DNA from: Ascoidea asiatica JCM 7603
Taxonomy: Eukaryota; Fungi; Ascomycota
Assembly (NCBI GenBank): GCA_001600695.1
Contig: BCKQ01000003.1
Span: forward strand, 714,003 to 778,002
Length of the DNA: 64,000 nucleotides
Direction: 5' to 3'
Shown here one piece after another: positions 44,199 to 57,245 of the stretch. The notes under the pieces are model-generated. The model ran no database searches. It was given only the letters and a program-made list of their open reading frames with translations, and was not told the origin of the DNA. Both the position numbers and the translations under genes were made by a program. Every line of letters begins with the position of its first letter. The stretch's first letter is position 1.

Positions 44199-46577
44199 AT
44201 GCAACAGCCAAGAATCTTAACTGATAATATACCTCTAAATGATTTAGATTCTCTAAACTCAGGAAATCTAGATAATAATAATAATAATAATAATAACAAT
44301 AATGATATTAATAATGAACAAAATAGTTCTTTATCAAAAGAAATAGCTAATTTAACCGATTTTGATTTTGATCAAAATTCTGTTATTGATACTAGAAATC
44401 CATTTTCAGATTCAAATAATATAAGTACTTCAAATTCAATGGCTAATTTAAATTCTTTCATTAATATTAATACTAATTCTATTTCTAATACTATTAATAA
44501 TTCTAATACTAACACAAATATAAATTCAAATACAAATAATAATTCTTCTCCAAATGATATTATTTATCCAGATCCTTCAAGTGATATAATACCTACTTCA
44601 AATTCTTCTCCAATCCCAACTTCAACTATTAATACAATCTCAAATATTTCCCCAGATCATTCAAAAAATATAAATAATTTACCTGATATACCTAGTATAC
44701 ATAATTCTCCAATTAATAGAGATATCTCAAATAATATTCAAAATAAAAACAATAAACCTTATATACAAGATAATAATCCATCTTCAACTTTATCTTCTTC
44801 AATACTTTTAAATAATGGTGGTACTCCTTCAATTTCTATAACTAATTTTGAAAATTATGTACCTCCTGAATTTGATAGATATCCTGCAATGACAAGTAAT
44901 TCAAGAGTTGCATCTGTTGCAGTTTCTGTTGCAAATTCAATTAATTCAAGAAATTCTCTTTTAAATCATTCAACTTCTTCTTTAAATACTAATTCAAATT
45001 CAAATGTTAATAGTGCTTTTGTAATGGATACTGATTATTCTCCATTTGGTGGTTATCCTGCTTCTTCATTTCCTTTACATATAGAAGAAAAAGAACCTGA
45101 TGATTATTTACATAATCCAGATCCTATAGAAGATGCAAAATATGATAAACATCATATGTATTATGATTTAAAATCTATGGATAAAAGATCTGGTTGTGGT
45201 TTATTAAGTTTTTTTATATTATTTTTAGCTGCAATTCTTGTTTTTGTAATTTTGCCAGTTTTAACTTATACTGGTGCAGGAACAAAATATACTCCAGAAA
45301 CTTATGAATTATTATCTTTATATGAATATAAAACTTTATCTGCTATACGTTCAAGTTTAATTGATTCAGATACTCCTGATGATGCACAAACTGTAACTGC
45401 AAGAGATGGTTCTGAATGGAGTTTAGTATTTTCTGATGAATTTAATAAAGAAGGAAGAACTTTTTATGATGGTGATGATCAATTTTGGCTTGCTCCTGAT
45501 ATTCATTATGCTGCAACAAGTGATTTAGAATGGTATGATCCTGATGCTTCAACAACTGCCAATGGTACTTTAGTTTTAAAAATGGATGCTTATAAAAATC
45601 ATAACTTATTTTATAGATCTGGTATGATTCAAAGTTGGAATAGAATGTGTTTCACTCAAGGTAGACTTGAAGTTTCTGCAATGTTACCAAATTTTGGTAA
45701 TGTCACTGGTCTTTGGCCAGGTATTTGGACAATGGGAAATTTAGGTAGACCTGGTTATAAAGCTACAACTGAAGGTGTTTGGCCTTACTCTTATGAATCT
45801 TGTGATGCAGGTATAACCCCTAATCAATCCTCTCCTGATGGTATTAATTATTTACCAGGTCAACGTTTAAATTCATGTACTTGTAAAGGAGAAGATCACC
45901 CAAATAGAGGAACTGGAAGAGGTGCTCCAGAAATCGATGCTTTAGAAGGAGAAGTTGATACTACTGTTTCAGTAGGTGTAGCTTCCCAATCAATGCAAAT
46001 AGCTCCATATGATATTTGGTATATTCCCGATTATGATTTTGTTGAACTTTATAATGAGACTGTTTCTTCAATGAATACATATTGCGGAGGTCCATTTCAA
46101 GAAGCTGTTTCTGCTACTTCTACATTAAACGTTACTTGGTATCAATTTGGTGATTATACACCACAATATCAAAAATTTGGTTTCGAATATTTAAATGATG
46201 ACGATGATGGCTATATCCAATGGTTTATAGGTGATAATCCAACCTTAACTGTGCATGCAAAGGCTTTACATCCAAATGGTAATATTGGTTGGAGAAGAAT
46301 TGCAAAAGAACCATTGACTATGATTTTAAATTTAGGTATTTCAAATAATTGGGCTTATATTGATTGGCAATCACTTATGTTTCCAGTGGAAATGAAAATC
46401 GATTATGTCCGAATTTATCAGCCTAATAATTCAGTAAATATTGGTTGTGACCCAACTGATTATCCAACATATGATTATATTCAAGATCATTTAAATGCCT
46501 ATGAAAATGTCAATCTAACCACATGGAAAGAAGCTGGTTATGCATTTCCAAAAAATAAATTAACTAGTTCATGTTAG
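44199..46577 (+). CDS. KRE6: Kre6/Skn1 GH16-like beta-1,6-glucan synthesis protein (type II membrane)
   Basis: EPDDYLHNPD, a single TM helix, WSLVFSDEF, YRSGMIQSWN, GLWPGIWTMGNLGRPGY, GAPEIDALE, DYVRIYQ, FPKNKL. Cannot separate KRE6 from SKN1. Confidence 0.92.
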   Translation: MQQPRILTDNIPLNDLDSLNSGNLDNNNNNNNNNNDINNEQNSSLSKEIANLTDFDFDQNSVIDTRNPFSDSNNISTSNSMANLNSFININTNSISNTINNSNTNTNINSNTNNNSSPNDIIYPDPSSDIIPTSNSSPIPTSTINTISNISPDHSKNINNLPDIPSIHNSPINRDISNNIQNKNNKPYIQDNNPSSTLSSSILLNNGGTPSISITNFENYVPPEFDRYPAMTSNSRVASVAVSVANSINSRNSLLNHSTSSLNTNSNSNVNSAFVMDTDYSPFGGYPASSFPLHIEEKEPDDYLHNPDPIEDAKYDKHHMYYDLKSMDKRSGCGLLSFFILFLAAILVFVILPVLTYTGAGTKYTPETYELLSLYEYKTLSAIRSSLIDSDTPDDAQTVTARDGSEWSLVFSDEFNKEGRTFYDGDDQFWLAPDIHYAATSDLEWYDPDASTTANGTLVLKMDAYKNHNLFYRSGMIQSWNRMCFTQGRLEVSAMLPNFGNVTGLWPGIWTMGNLGRPGYKATTEGVWPYSYESCDAGITPNQSSPDGINYLPGQRLNSCTCKGEDHPNRGTGRGAPEIDALEGEVDTTVSVGVASQSMQIAPYDIWYIPDYDFVELYNETVSSMNTYCGGPFQEAVSATSTLNVTWYQFGDYTPQYQKFGFEYLNDDDDGYIQWFIGDNPTLTVHAKALHPNGNIGWRRIAKEPLTMILNLGISNNWAYIDWQSLMFPVEMKIDYVRIYQPNNSVNIGCDPTDYPTYDYIQDHLNAYENVNLTTWKEAGYAFPKNKLTSSC

Positions 46578-47422
46578 TCATAATTTCAAGCATGGTCTCT
46601 CTTTTAATTTTTTTCCTTTTCTGCATCTAGCTTTCCATCAATAGTTTTTTTCTAATATTCCAAATTCATATAAATGTTTGATTGAGTTTTTTTTCAGGTG
46701 AATGTATCTTAGTTTGTTTTGTTGTGTTGCAACTTTTTTTTTTATTTTTATTCCTTCTCCATGTACTTCTTTTAGAAAGTATTATAATATACTGATTTAT
46801 ACATGTTTTTTATATCGTCTTTCTGATTTTAGAATTACTTAGCAACCTTTTTTTTCATTTAACTTTTTTTAGGCCCTTTTTTCAATTATTTTATCAATTT
46901 TTTTAATTTCTTTTATAGTATTTTTTTTTCAAAACCTTTTTAGAGAAAATAAAACAAGGATTGAATAGGCATAAAAAGCATTAAAATATGAAAAATTGTT
47001 ACTTTGAAAATATTTATCCATAAGGAACTGTTCATTGTTTATTAAAACTGTAATTATATATATATCAAATCTTCATCTTGAAAAAACTTAGAAAAAAGAA
47101 TGTAATAAAAATAAAAAAAGAAATTTGAAAATAAAAAATAACTTTTGAAACAAAAAAAAACTAAAAAAATTCAAAATATAATAAAAAAAAAAAAAAGAAT
47201 AAAAACAATTCAAAAAGTCACATTCGCCATAAAAAAAAAACCAGGAGAAAGTAAAATTAAAAAATAAATCAACCAAAAAATATATTCAAAAAGAAACGTA
47301 GTGAAAAAACAAAAAAAATCAAATGGGCTTCAAAAATTAAGTGAATTTCTTCAAAGATGATTTGTGCAAAAATACTAATTACCTATAATAGCAATAGGGA
47401 ATCAAAGAATCAAACATAAAGT

Positions 47423-50400
47423 TTAACTTGATATGCTTTGTTCATATAAAAACTTAATCCATGGTTGACGGAATCGATTCCTACTAATTACAGCATCCAA
47501 AGATTTTATCCACCTCTGTTTTTCATAATTACTTTCTGCAATAAACTCAATAATCTCACCATTCGAAAATTTAACTTTGAAAGCTTGATTCATCAATATT
47601 TCATCACTTAAATTTCTTCTAGCTGCAGATTTATGATCATTTTTAGTACTGGTGTTGGTATACATACTACTAGTAATCGAATAGTTTTTATTTCCAGTGT
47701 CTGTAATTAAGGCAATGGCCTTGGATAAATTAATTTTAGCTCTTGTTTTTCTCGACACTTCATTGTGTGCAACAAAGTCTGTTCCGCTTAATTTAAAGAA
47801 TCTTCTTTTTAAGTAATTACAATCACCTCCATCTTGTAACAAAAAACCTTCATTATAGACTGACAATTGTTTCATATATTCATTAATGGAATCATAAGCA
47901 ACTTCGATACTTGGTGGAAATACCTCATTTCTTTTAGCTCTTGGAATATATAGCATTTGAAGTTCAAGTTTTCCCACTCTATAAGGTTGTTTTTTCATAA
48001 GTTTTTTTGTTTCTTGGTCTTCATATATTTCCCATTCGTTGAAACAAGTAACATCAAAATTGCATGCCTTTCCATTTACAAAGGGTTCATATTGTGAAAA
48101 ATCAACGTACGCTCTAGCAAAAGAACCATCCCTTGCCATAACCTCATCCCAGGGGTCATCTTTATCAACCTTAGTTATAAATTTTTTTTGAGTTTTATAT
48201 ATGATTTTTGACCCAAAAAGACCGCCAAACCTCTTCTTTTTTACAGGAACTTTTTCGGTGACTTCAATTACCTTGTTCTGAGGTTTATAATCGTATGATG
48301 CTTTTAAAGTTAGAATAAATTCTAAATTTTCTCCCACTGTTAATTCAAATTCTTGGTTGATTGGCGAAAAATCTTTCAAATCAACCTTAGGAGTGCATAT
48401 ACAATGTATACCATTATCTAAGATCAAAGAAAATTTGGTATCATGTCTATCTAAACCATCAAGTTCAATATTTTTTAGCCCTACCACTTTAACGTACAAC
48501 CTACCCTTATCATTACTAGGTAAACTTACATCTATTAATCTTTTCTGTTGTTTTATGATTTCTTCTTGTTTTTCTTTTCTAGTTCTAGCAGCAATAGAAC
48601 TAGCTGTTTCTTGCTGAGAAACCATGTTAGATCTCAGTTGATCATCAATAACTAAATCTTCTTGATTAATTGTAATTGGAGGTTCTGCTCGTTCTTTTAA
48701 AGCTTTTGATTTTCTTTTCCTCATATTAATATCAGTTGATCCAAAAGAATCTCTATTTTTACTAGACTTACTGGCAGCACTTGTCAAAGAACTGATTCGG
48801 GAATGATTGCCTGAAAGAATTGAAGATTTTTGAGATTGATTCTGGGATTGTAAACTTTTCCTGTTTTCCTCGATCATTGATTTTGGATTATCTAACAGTT
48901 TTTTAATTTGAAGCTCTACATCAGATTGAACTTTTGCCTGCTGTTCTCTTAGCATATTAGCATAGACATGATTTTTTTTTTCTGAAGCCTGTTTATAGTC
49001 GTAAGAATTTTCATCTGCATAGGAAAATCGATGGGACAGCTCTTGATCATCGATAAAGGACATTTTATCAACCTCGCCTTTATCATTGTAGGCAGATTTG
49101 GCGACAATCAATTTGCTATTATTACGCACTACATATCCTCTATGGTGATCTTTATTAATTTGGTCATATGCCCGGTTAAAGTCTTCTTCAAGATCAGTGT
49201 TTTCGAATAATTGCTCTGGAAGTAATGGTTTAGGCTTTGCCAATAATACCTCAGCAATATGTTCAATCTGAGGTGGTCGGCCATTTATTGGAGGATTTCC
49301 AATCAAAATATTGTCTTTACCCACAACTTCATCATCTAATGAGACATCTTCTCCATCAGAATCACCCCTTAATATAGTATCATTAATAAAATGATTTCCT
49401 CCTGTTGGTGTGACTTCACGAGTTTCTCCATGTAATGATAATCTCTTCTTTTCTTTCAGAATTATTCTAGCTTCATTATCCTGGAATTTTGTAATTGTAG
49501 CGATTTCTGGGGTATTATTATCAAGAGCAGATGAATTATGTAATGCCTTATTATATTGCCCACTTATTTTTCTTTTAGCATGAAGGATTTTTTGTACATC
49601 ATCATGATTCATACTTGGAAAACTTCTTATACTTGAACTTCTAATAGTAGAACTTTTAACATAAGGATCAATAGCTGGAGTTTGGGCCCAAATTTTTCTA
49701 ATATCTTCGTTAGAAGCAAATGAATCTTGAGTCGAAGTTCTTGGAATGAAAGGTTCTGGAGGTCTGAATTCATTTTCGTTCATAAAGTCTTGATCATTGT
49801 CATTTTGATCAGCGTGATTTCTTTCAGAAAACTTTTTCATTAAATCTTGAGCAAAATTTGACTCATTAGTTAAATCATTTGGAGACTCTTCTATTTTCAT
49901 GAAACTTTTTTTTTCATTTTGAGATCTCAGTTGATCAAATGTTGATTCACCTAATGGATATTCGGAAGGTAATTCAAGATCTTCATCTCTAAAAGAAATT
50001 TTTGCACTAGGGGCTTGACTAACTTTTCTATTAACAAATTCGGTTTCCAAAGGTTGTGATCTCTCATATTCTTCTTCCTCATCATCTTCTAAAACATTTG
50101 ATAATTCCCCATTATTACTGTTATTGAACCCTTTGAAATTGTTCAAAGCTTGTTGTTGAGGTGATTCTTCTTCAATTGGAGCAGGTGAAATCATATTAGA
50201 ATCATCAAAATTTGAGACTTCTTCTGTGAAAACACTATTACTAGTTTCATCAAAATTATTTGTTGTATCATCTGCAAATACTAGTTTATTTTGAAATCTT
50301 GGAGAAGGTTCATTTAATAATTGCTTATTTTCTTTGATAAATTGTTCATATAATGAAATATTTTCTAATTTCAAATTATTTGAATTTTTATTGGTTAAAA

Positions 50401-51919
50401 TATCATCATCGTGATTTTCAGAAAATATATTTTCATTAGAAACATTTTTCTCTAATTTAACCAAGTTTTCTTTATTTGTAGAAGTATCTTGCTCAGAACT
50501 ATAAATTGAAGAATCTTCTATATCTTCATCTTTGACTTGATTATCTGCTGGTATATTATCATATACTCCTGATTCATTTTTGAAACCAAGTTCAAAATCA
50601 TTTTCTTCAGTTTTAATATTCAGTTCATCATCATAATCATGCTCAGTATATTTTTGATTACCTTTTTGAAGACTATTTTGAGATTCATTCAATTTTATTC
50701 TTAATGGATTAATTTTTATTGGAATATCATCATTATTATTATTATTATAACTTTTTTTATTATTATTAATATTATTCATATTATTAATTTGATCTAATTC
50801 TTCTTTAATTGTTTTTTTATTATAGTTTGTATGGCTTAAATCAATATCTTCTAAAGAATTACTGAATTCTTTTTTAATAGGAGATAAACCATCAATATTT
50901 TCAACAATTTTATGAGAAACATCATCATCATCATCTTCGTCTTCATCTTCATTGAATAAACTTGAAGCAGATTGTAATTGTCTTTGAAATTCATTTTTTC
51001 TTCGTATTTCATGTGATTCAGTTAAAGATAAATTTTTTAATTGATTATTGATAATTAATTCATTTTTCTCATTTATATTTAAAGTTGAATTATCACTTGA
51101 TAAAAATTTATTTAAATTATTTTTATTATTTTTTCTAATATTTGTATTTAAATCAGTTAAACATGTTTTTTCTTGATAAAGATGTTTATTATTATTATTA
51201 TTATTATTATTTGTTCTTAATTTTGGTATTGTTATTTGTTGATTAGGGTCATATAATTCTGAATTATCAGAAAAACTATTATTAATATTAATATTATTAT
51301 TATTATTGTTATTGTTGTTGTTGCTAAAATTATTAAATGAAGAACTATTAATCATTGAAGAATCATTGAAAGAAATGTTGGCAGGCATGGGAGGTAATGG
51401 TTTAATTGGATGATTTGAGCTTTGATTATTTCTAATGGTATTGATATTATTGATATTACTCGAATTATTATTACTTATAATATTATTATTGTTATTATTG
51501 TTATTATTGAAAATATTATTATTATTATTATTAATGTTATTATTATTATTATTATTATTAATATTATTAATATCAGTGAAATTATTTGTGAAGTTAACTG
51601 GATTTGGTTTCCAATGAGATTGAAAATAAAGCTGGGAAGAATCTGAAGAAATATCATTATCGTTATTGATATCATCATCAAGATTATTTTGATTATTATT
51701 AAAATTTTTATCAGAATTAATTGAAGAATTTTTTGAATTAAAGTAAAAAGGATTTTTACTTGTATTATTTGTAGGAGAAGAATTTTTAGTTATTGAATTA
51801 TCTTGAAATTGATCATTTTCACTACTTATATAACTTAAATTACTTAATCTATCATATTCAAGAACTTCAGGTGGAGCAGATTCAAAACAAACTTTTTTCA
51901 GTTCTTTATTTTGAGTTAG

Positions 51920-51958
<39 letters not shown>

Positions 51959-52087
51959 TATATTATTATTATTATTGGTATTTAGATATTTTATTGATAA
52001 TGAAGATTTCAAAGGTATATCATTAGAAGATTTTGAAAGCTTCAGATTTTTTTCAGATTCCTTTTTAATATTCAACATTGAAGACAT
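47423..52087 (-). CDS. BUD4: Bud4/Int1 anillin-like septin-ring protein
   Basis: Long low-complexity N-terminus; C-terminal anillin-homology region (GRLYVKV, LDNGIHC, INQEFELTV, DGSFARAY) and PH domain (EGFLLQDGGDC..LKRRFFKL...W, FRQPW). Confidence 0.92.
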
Positions 52088-52953
52088 TTTATGAAAGATT
52101 TATGAATATATTTGTATATGAAATAAGGAATTATTCTTGATTATTATTTATCTTTTCATATAAGATGAAAGTAACAGGAAAATTAAAAAAAAAAGTTTTA
52201 GAAATTGTTATTCTTATTTTGATATGAGTTTAAAGTAAAATTAAGGTAGGAATATTTTAAATAATTCAAAATATGATATTGAAATGTAAACAGAATAAAG
52301 AAATTTGTAATTAAAGTTAAGAAAAGTATATTAAAATAAATATTTCTAGCTAATTATAAGAAATAAATCTTAAAAGCAAAAAAAAAAAAAAAATTGTATA
52401 AGCTATTTGAATTTAAGCAAAATTGTCATATACAATAATAGTAGGATATGGTATATAATAGATTGGATAAATTTTTTATGGATATTTTAATATTGAAATT
52501 ATTTAGTTATTGAAACCAGTATTATGAATTGTTACTTTATTGAATTAGGTTAGTTATTGTTTATTTATTTATTTATCTGAATTGTTCATAAACATGAATA
52601 ATAAGAAAGAGATGAATACATACAATTATTTTTTTTTGGGATTTTTTTTATAGAATTGTTCATTCTTCTCCAATCAGTTTAAGGAGTGATTAAATTTGTC
52701 AGTTCCAGAATATCAACTTGTTCTTTCTTGTTAGACCGAGAATAATTCTTCTCTATATTTTATATTTGATTGAATCAAACAAGTTGTTGTTTTAAATTTC
52801 TAAAATAGCTTTTGAACAATTCTCGAGTGGTTCTCGATTGAATATTGAATAAAATAATGTTTCTTCTTCTTCCTCTTTCTCTTCTTCTTCTTCTTCTGGC
52901 TTGGCTCAGGCTTTGCTTCCATTGTCAGATTCTGCGAGCTGAGACTGCACGCG

Positions 52954-52979
52954 CCCAATCGGGAAAAATAAACAAACAA
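52954..52979. promoter_or_regulatory. Mcm1-Forkhead composite (CLB2-cluster-type) element upstream of BUD4
   Basis: CCCAATCGGGAAA (MADS-box-like) directly followed by ATAAACAAACAA (forkhead RYMAAYA); an MCB ACGCGT lies nearby at 53119-53124. Confidence 0.6.
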
Positions 52980-54187
52980 CCCAATTCGGCCAAAGAGGGT
53001 CCACGTCCGAGTTTGGAAACACGCGCACGTGAACCTTGAATTTGAGGGTCTGCTTACGTAAGTCAATTTTGAGGGTTTTTCGTGTTTTTTTTAAATTTTA
53101 TTATTTTTTTCAAAGTTTACGCGTTTTTCGTATTTTCTGATATTTTTTGATTATTTCCAACCACAAAACCCAAAACAGAAAAAAAACAACAAAAAAAAGA
53201 TCTAAATTTCAAAAGGAACTAAATTTGACAGAGGATTCACTGAAAAACAGTGAAAACTCACACAAACCACACATAAATCTATTCACTCCAGATTATTATT
53301 AGCCTGTTGGGAAAGTTGGTATCATCGACTATTACTGAAAGTGCAGGTAGTACTGCACTCGATTACCTGATTGCCTGAGAACTTGATGATCTGAATATCA
53401 AATTACTCGAGGAGTCTTGACTAGGTCGAAGTAATCTTCAAATTTAAATTCCATTGGCCAGTAACTTTTCTCATTCACAACTATCCATAACTTACAATCT
53501 AAGAAATTTAAGAAATGTAAGAAATGTAAGATAAATAATTGAAATTCAGGAAATAGATTTATGAAAATTAAGGGGAAAATAAGTGGAAAATATATGAAAA
53601 ATAAGTGAAAATTAGATAAATAAAAATATGGAAAATCAATGTACTAAAATTCTAAAACTGGAACTGGAATTTTAGTTAATATTCATTTTCTTCAAGTCGA
53701 ATTGTTGAGCTAATTTGAAAAACAGATCAAGTTTCTTTACAAATTCAAGTAACATTAATGAAATATTACTCTACTGTATTACAAAAACCTTAATTATTGA
53801 TTGTTCAACTGCATATAACTTTACATTTCTGTATTATCTCTCGTTTAAATATTTCTCTTTTTTTTTTAAATACTTTTTATCAATGAATTTTTATCCTTTA
53901 TACAATCCTGTCATTCTCATACAATAATCTCCATCCTCATGATAACTTTATTAATTTTATTAACTTTATCAATTATGATCTAATATTCTTACTCAACTTC
54001 TCATTCTATCATATTCTCTCAAATTATTTTCTTTATATAAATATATTAAATATTATGAGTTTTTCCTTACGTATTAATATTAAAATACTCCTATTTTAAA
54101 TCATACAAATGAGTATAAATCAAAAGAAAATATAAAAAAAAAATAAAAGAAAACATTCATATATTATATTATTTTCAATTTAAAAAA

Positions 54188-55129
54188 ATGACTAATACAA
54201 CTACAACTATATCACCATCTTTAATATCAAGATCAAGTTCTTTTGATTATGGTAAAAGTGCTTATTATAATAATAATAATATTAATAATAATAATAGTAA
54301 CATAAATAATAATTATAATAATCTGGATAGAAATTCAATTGCAAATTCAACTATAAATTCAAATTCAAATTCAAATTCAAATTCTAATTCTAATATAATT
54401 CAAACTCCATTAGCAAAACAAACAATAACTGTGAAATTAGTTTTATTAGGTGAAGCTGCTGTTGGAAAATCTTCTTTAGTTTTAAGATTTGTTTCAAATG
54501 ATTTTCAAGAAAATAAAGAACCAACTATTGGTGCTGCTTTTTTAACACAAAGATGTCAAATTAATGAAAAAATTATTAAATTTGAAATTTGGGATACTGC
54601 AGGTCAAGAAAGATTTGCTTCATTAGCTCCAATGTATTATAGAAATGCAAAATGTGCTTTAATTGTTTATGATATAACTAAAAAACAAAGTTTTTTAAAA
54701 GCAAAAGATTGGGTAAATGAAATTAAAGATCAAGCAAAAAAAAATATAATAATTGCTTTAATTGGTAATAAATTTGATTTAGTTAGTACAAAAAATTTTA
54801 TTGAAATTAATAAAGATCTGAATAATATTAAAAATAAAAGTAGTATAAATAATTCTAAATTTAAAAGAAAAGTAAGTATTGAAGAAGCAAAAGAATATGC
54901 AAAAGAACAAAATTTACTTTTTTTTGAAACTAGTGCTAAATCTGGTTATAATGTTAATGAAGTTTTCTTAGCTATTGGTAATAAAATTCCAAAATTATTC
55001 TCAAATAGACGTCATTCTCATAATAATAATAATAACAATCATAATCATAATCATAATCGTTCTCAACAAAATAATGATAGAGTAAATTTAAATACAAATC
55101 AACTTGATAATCTGCAATGTGCTTGTTAA
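54188..55129 (+). CDS. VPS21: Rab5-family GTPase (Vps21/Ypt51-like) with an Asn-rich N-terminal extension
   Basis: [54 protein letters not shown], and C-terminal CxC. Confidence 0.85.
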   Translation: MTNTTTTISPSLISRSSSFDYGKSAYYNNNNINNNNSNINNNYNNLDRNSIANSTINSNSNSNSNSNSNIIQTPLAKQTITVKLVLLGEAAVGKSSLVLRFVSNDFQENKEPTIGAAFLTQRCQINEKIIKFEIWDTAGQERFASLAPMYYRNAKCALIVYDITKKQSFLKAKDWVNEIKDQAKKNIIIALIGNKFDLVSTKNFIEINKDLNNIKNKSSINNSKFKRKVSIEEAKEYAKEQNLLFFETSAKSGYNVNEVFLAIGNKIPKLFSNRRHSHNNNNNNHNHNHNRSQQNNDRVNLNTNQLDNLQCAC

Positions 55130-57245
55130 TTTATTCTTATTTATTATGATGCCATTATCATTTCTATATTATTTTTTTATTTTTTTCTCTATGTTATCTA
55201 TAAATTATTATCAATCAACTATCTTTTTCTTACAATTTTTTTTTCTTTTATCATTTATGTTTTTCTTTTGCATTATGCCCATTATGTTAATTCTTAAATT
55301 TATTTTTAGTAGTTCATTTTCAAAGAACAAAAAGAAAAATTTCAAAAGCTCTATTCTTTTTCATCTAATTTTATAATACCATTTCATTGATTTTTTTATA
55401 TATTATACGATTTTCAATATTTATTTTATATATTAGTAATTGTTTAAAGCTTTCTTTCAAACTACATTGAAAGTATTGTAAAAAGAGATAAAAAATTAGG
55501 ATGAAGATATGGCTGCAAGATAACTCGAGATTTAAATCAAATAATGATCATCTTATTGAAGATAATTCCAATAAAGCATATGGAATTCATGATGTAAAGA
55601 TAGTGCATATAATAGATCTACATTCAAGAATTTGGAAAAAAGTTTTGTACGATCACCAATCACTTTGACGATTTAAATCTTTTCATAGAAAGCACCTCGT
55701 CTATTTCCCCCTGTCTTGATGAATTCTGTTCTGTTGCATGGAAGTTCCATAAAATGAAATAATTTAATAAAATAAACCGAGCATAATATTTAATATAGAT
55801 TGTTTCTGGATAACTGACTCCTTTTTATTCTTTCTATTATTAAGTCTGAGTTCTTCAACAAAAATAAATGGCTTTATTCTCATATTAAAACTATTTCAAG
55901 AGAGTTCTGTTTTCAAATAGTACTGAAGAGTGGTAATCATGCCTTTAATCATTAGTTTCTCAATATAATCTTGTTCAACAATTACGAATTACATTTAATA
56001 TTTGAGCTGATAAGTTTCTAGGTTGAGAAGACAAAGTCAGAAATAGTCCAAATCTTTAACGATTATAATATTACTTCAGTACTGAATTTCTTTGAACAAA
56101 TCTTAAATAATATTCAAATAAACTTTTGATATTGTTTGATTGTCTCAGTTTTTCCAAATTTTCTAAAATCCTGCTTTATTTAAACTGGCTTTAACCTTGG
56201 TGAATTTCAAACTTACCACTGAACCAGAACTTTTCAATGCTTTAAGGCTATAAAATAATGATAAAAGTCTATTTTATTTTAATTTTAATATAATCTGATG
56301 GTTTATTTCATTCTTTTATTGTAATTTTTGCTTGTGTAAAAATATTTTAACCAATTTCATAAGTTATTAGTTAACTAAAACTTGCCTCCTTTTTTTTTGC
56401 CTGATTTCTTTATTTGATTCTTTCTTTCTTTCTTTTCAATCTTAAACTGAATTAAAAATAAATCTTGTTTTTTAAAAAGCCTTAAACTTTCATTGATTGT
56501 TATTATATAAGAAATTGGCTTGATTATTTTCTTTAAGAAAAGGTTAAGATAAAATTGTGACTCTTTTATTCAAAAAAAATATATTTTATTTTTCAATTTA
56601 TTCATTCAATAATAAAATAACTAAAGTTTGTAATCAATTAATATTATTACCTTATCATAGATTATTTTTAAATTCTACAAAAAGATAGTCTTTAACAGTT
56701 AAAATATTCTCGCAGAAAGTAAGTAAGTAAGCAATTAAGTAAAAAAAAAAAAATTAGAAAAAAATTCATTAAGATTAAAACATAATTAAGTGTAAATATA
56801 AGTAAATATAAATATATAAATATATAAATATAATTATAAATAATCATTGTGGTTTTTTATTTACTTATTACTTTTCATATACCCTATCTCATAATTTCAT
56901 TCATATTAAATAAACTGAATATTCTTAATATTCTCAACATTTTTAACACTTTTAACATTATTAACATTCCAGTCTTAAATAAAAAGTAAATAACTTCAAA
57001 ACGTTACATTGAAATTTTGAAAATATCCCACAGAGAAGAGTTAAACACTAATAAAAATTACAAACAAAAGGTTTATTTTATTAAAAAAGTTATAATAATA
57101 ATTCTTCGTAATTAATATATCAGACTCATAATTTTACCATTTTTTTTACTTTGAATATCATATTAAATCACATCATATTATATTATAATAAATTATCATT
57201 TATTGAATTATTCCAATATTCTATTATAAAATTTTTTTTTTCAAA

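Noticed and set aside
53340-53359. Hairpin AGTGCAG/CTGCACT with a nearby TGATGA
   Set aside because: An isolated 7-bp stem without a complete C/D or H/ACA architecture.
55501-55668. 55-codon ATG ORF (MKIWLQDN...)
   Set aside because: No recognisable homology and a poor start context; length is compatible with chance.
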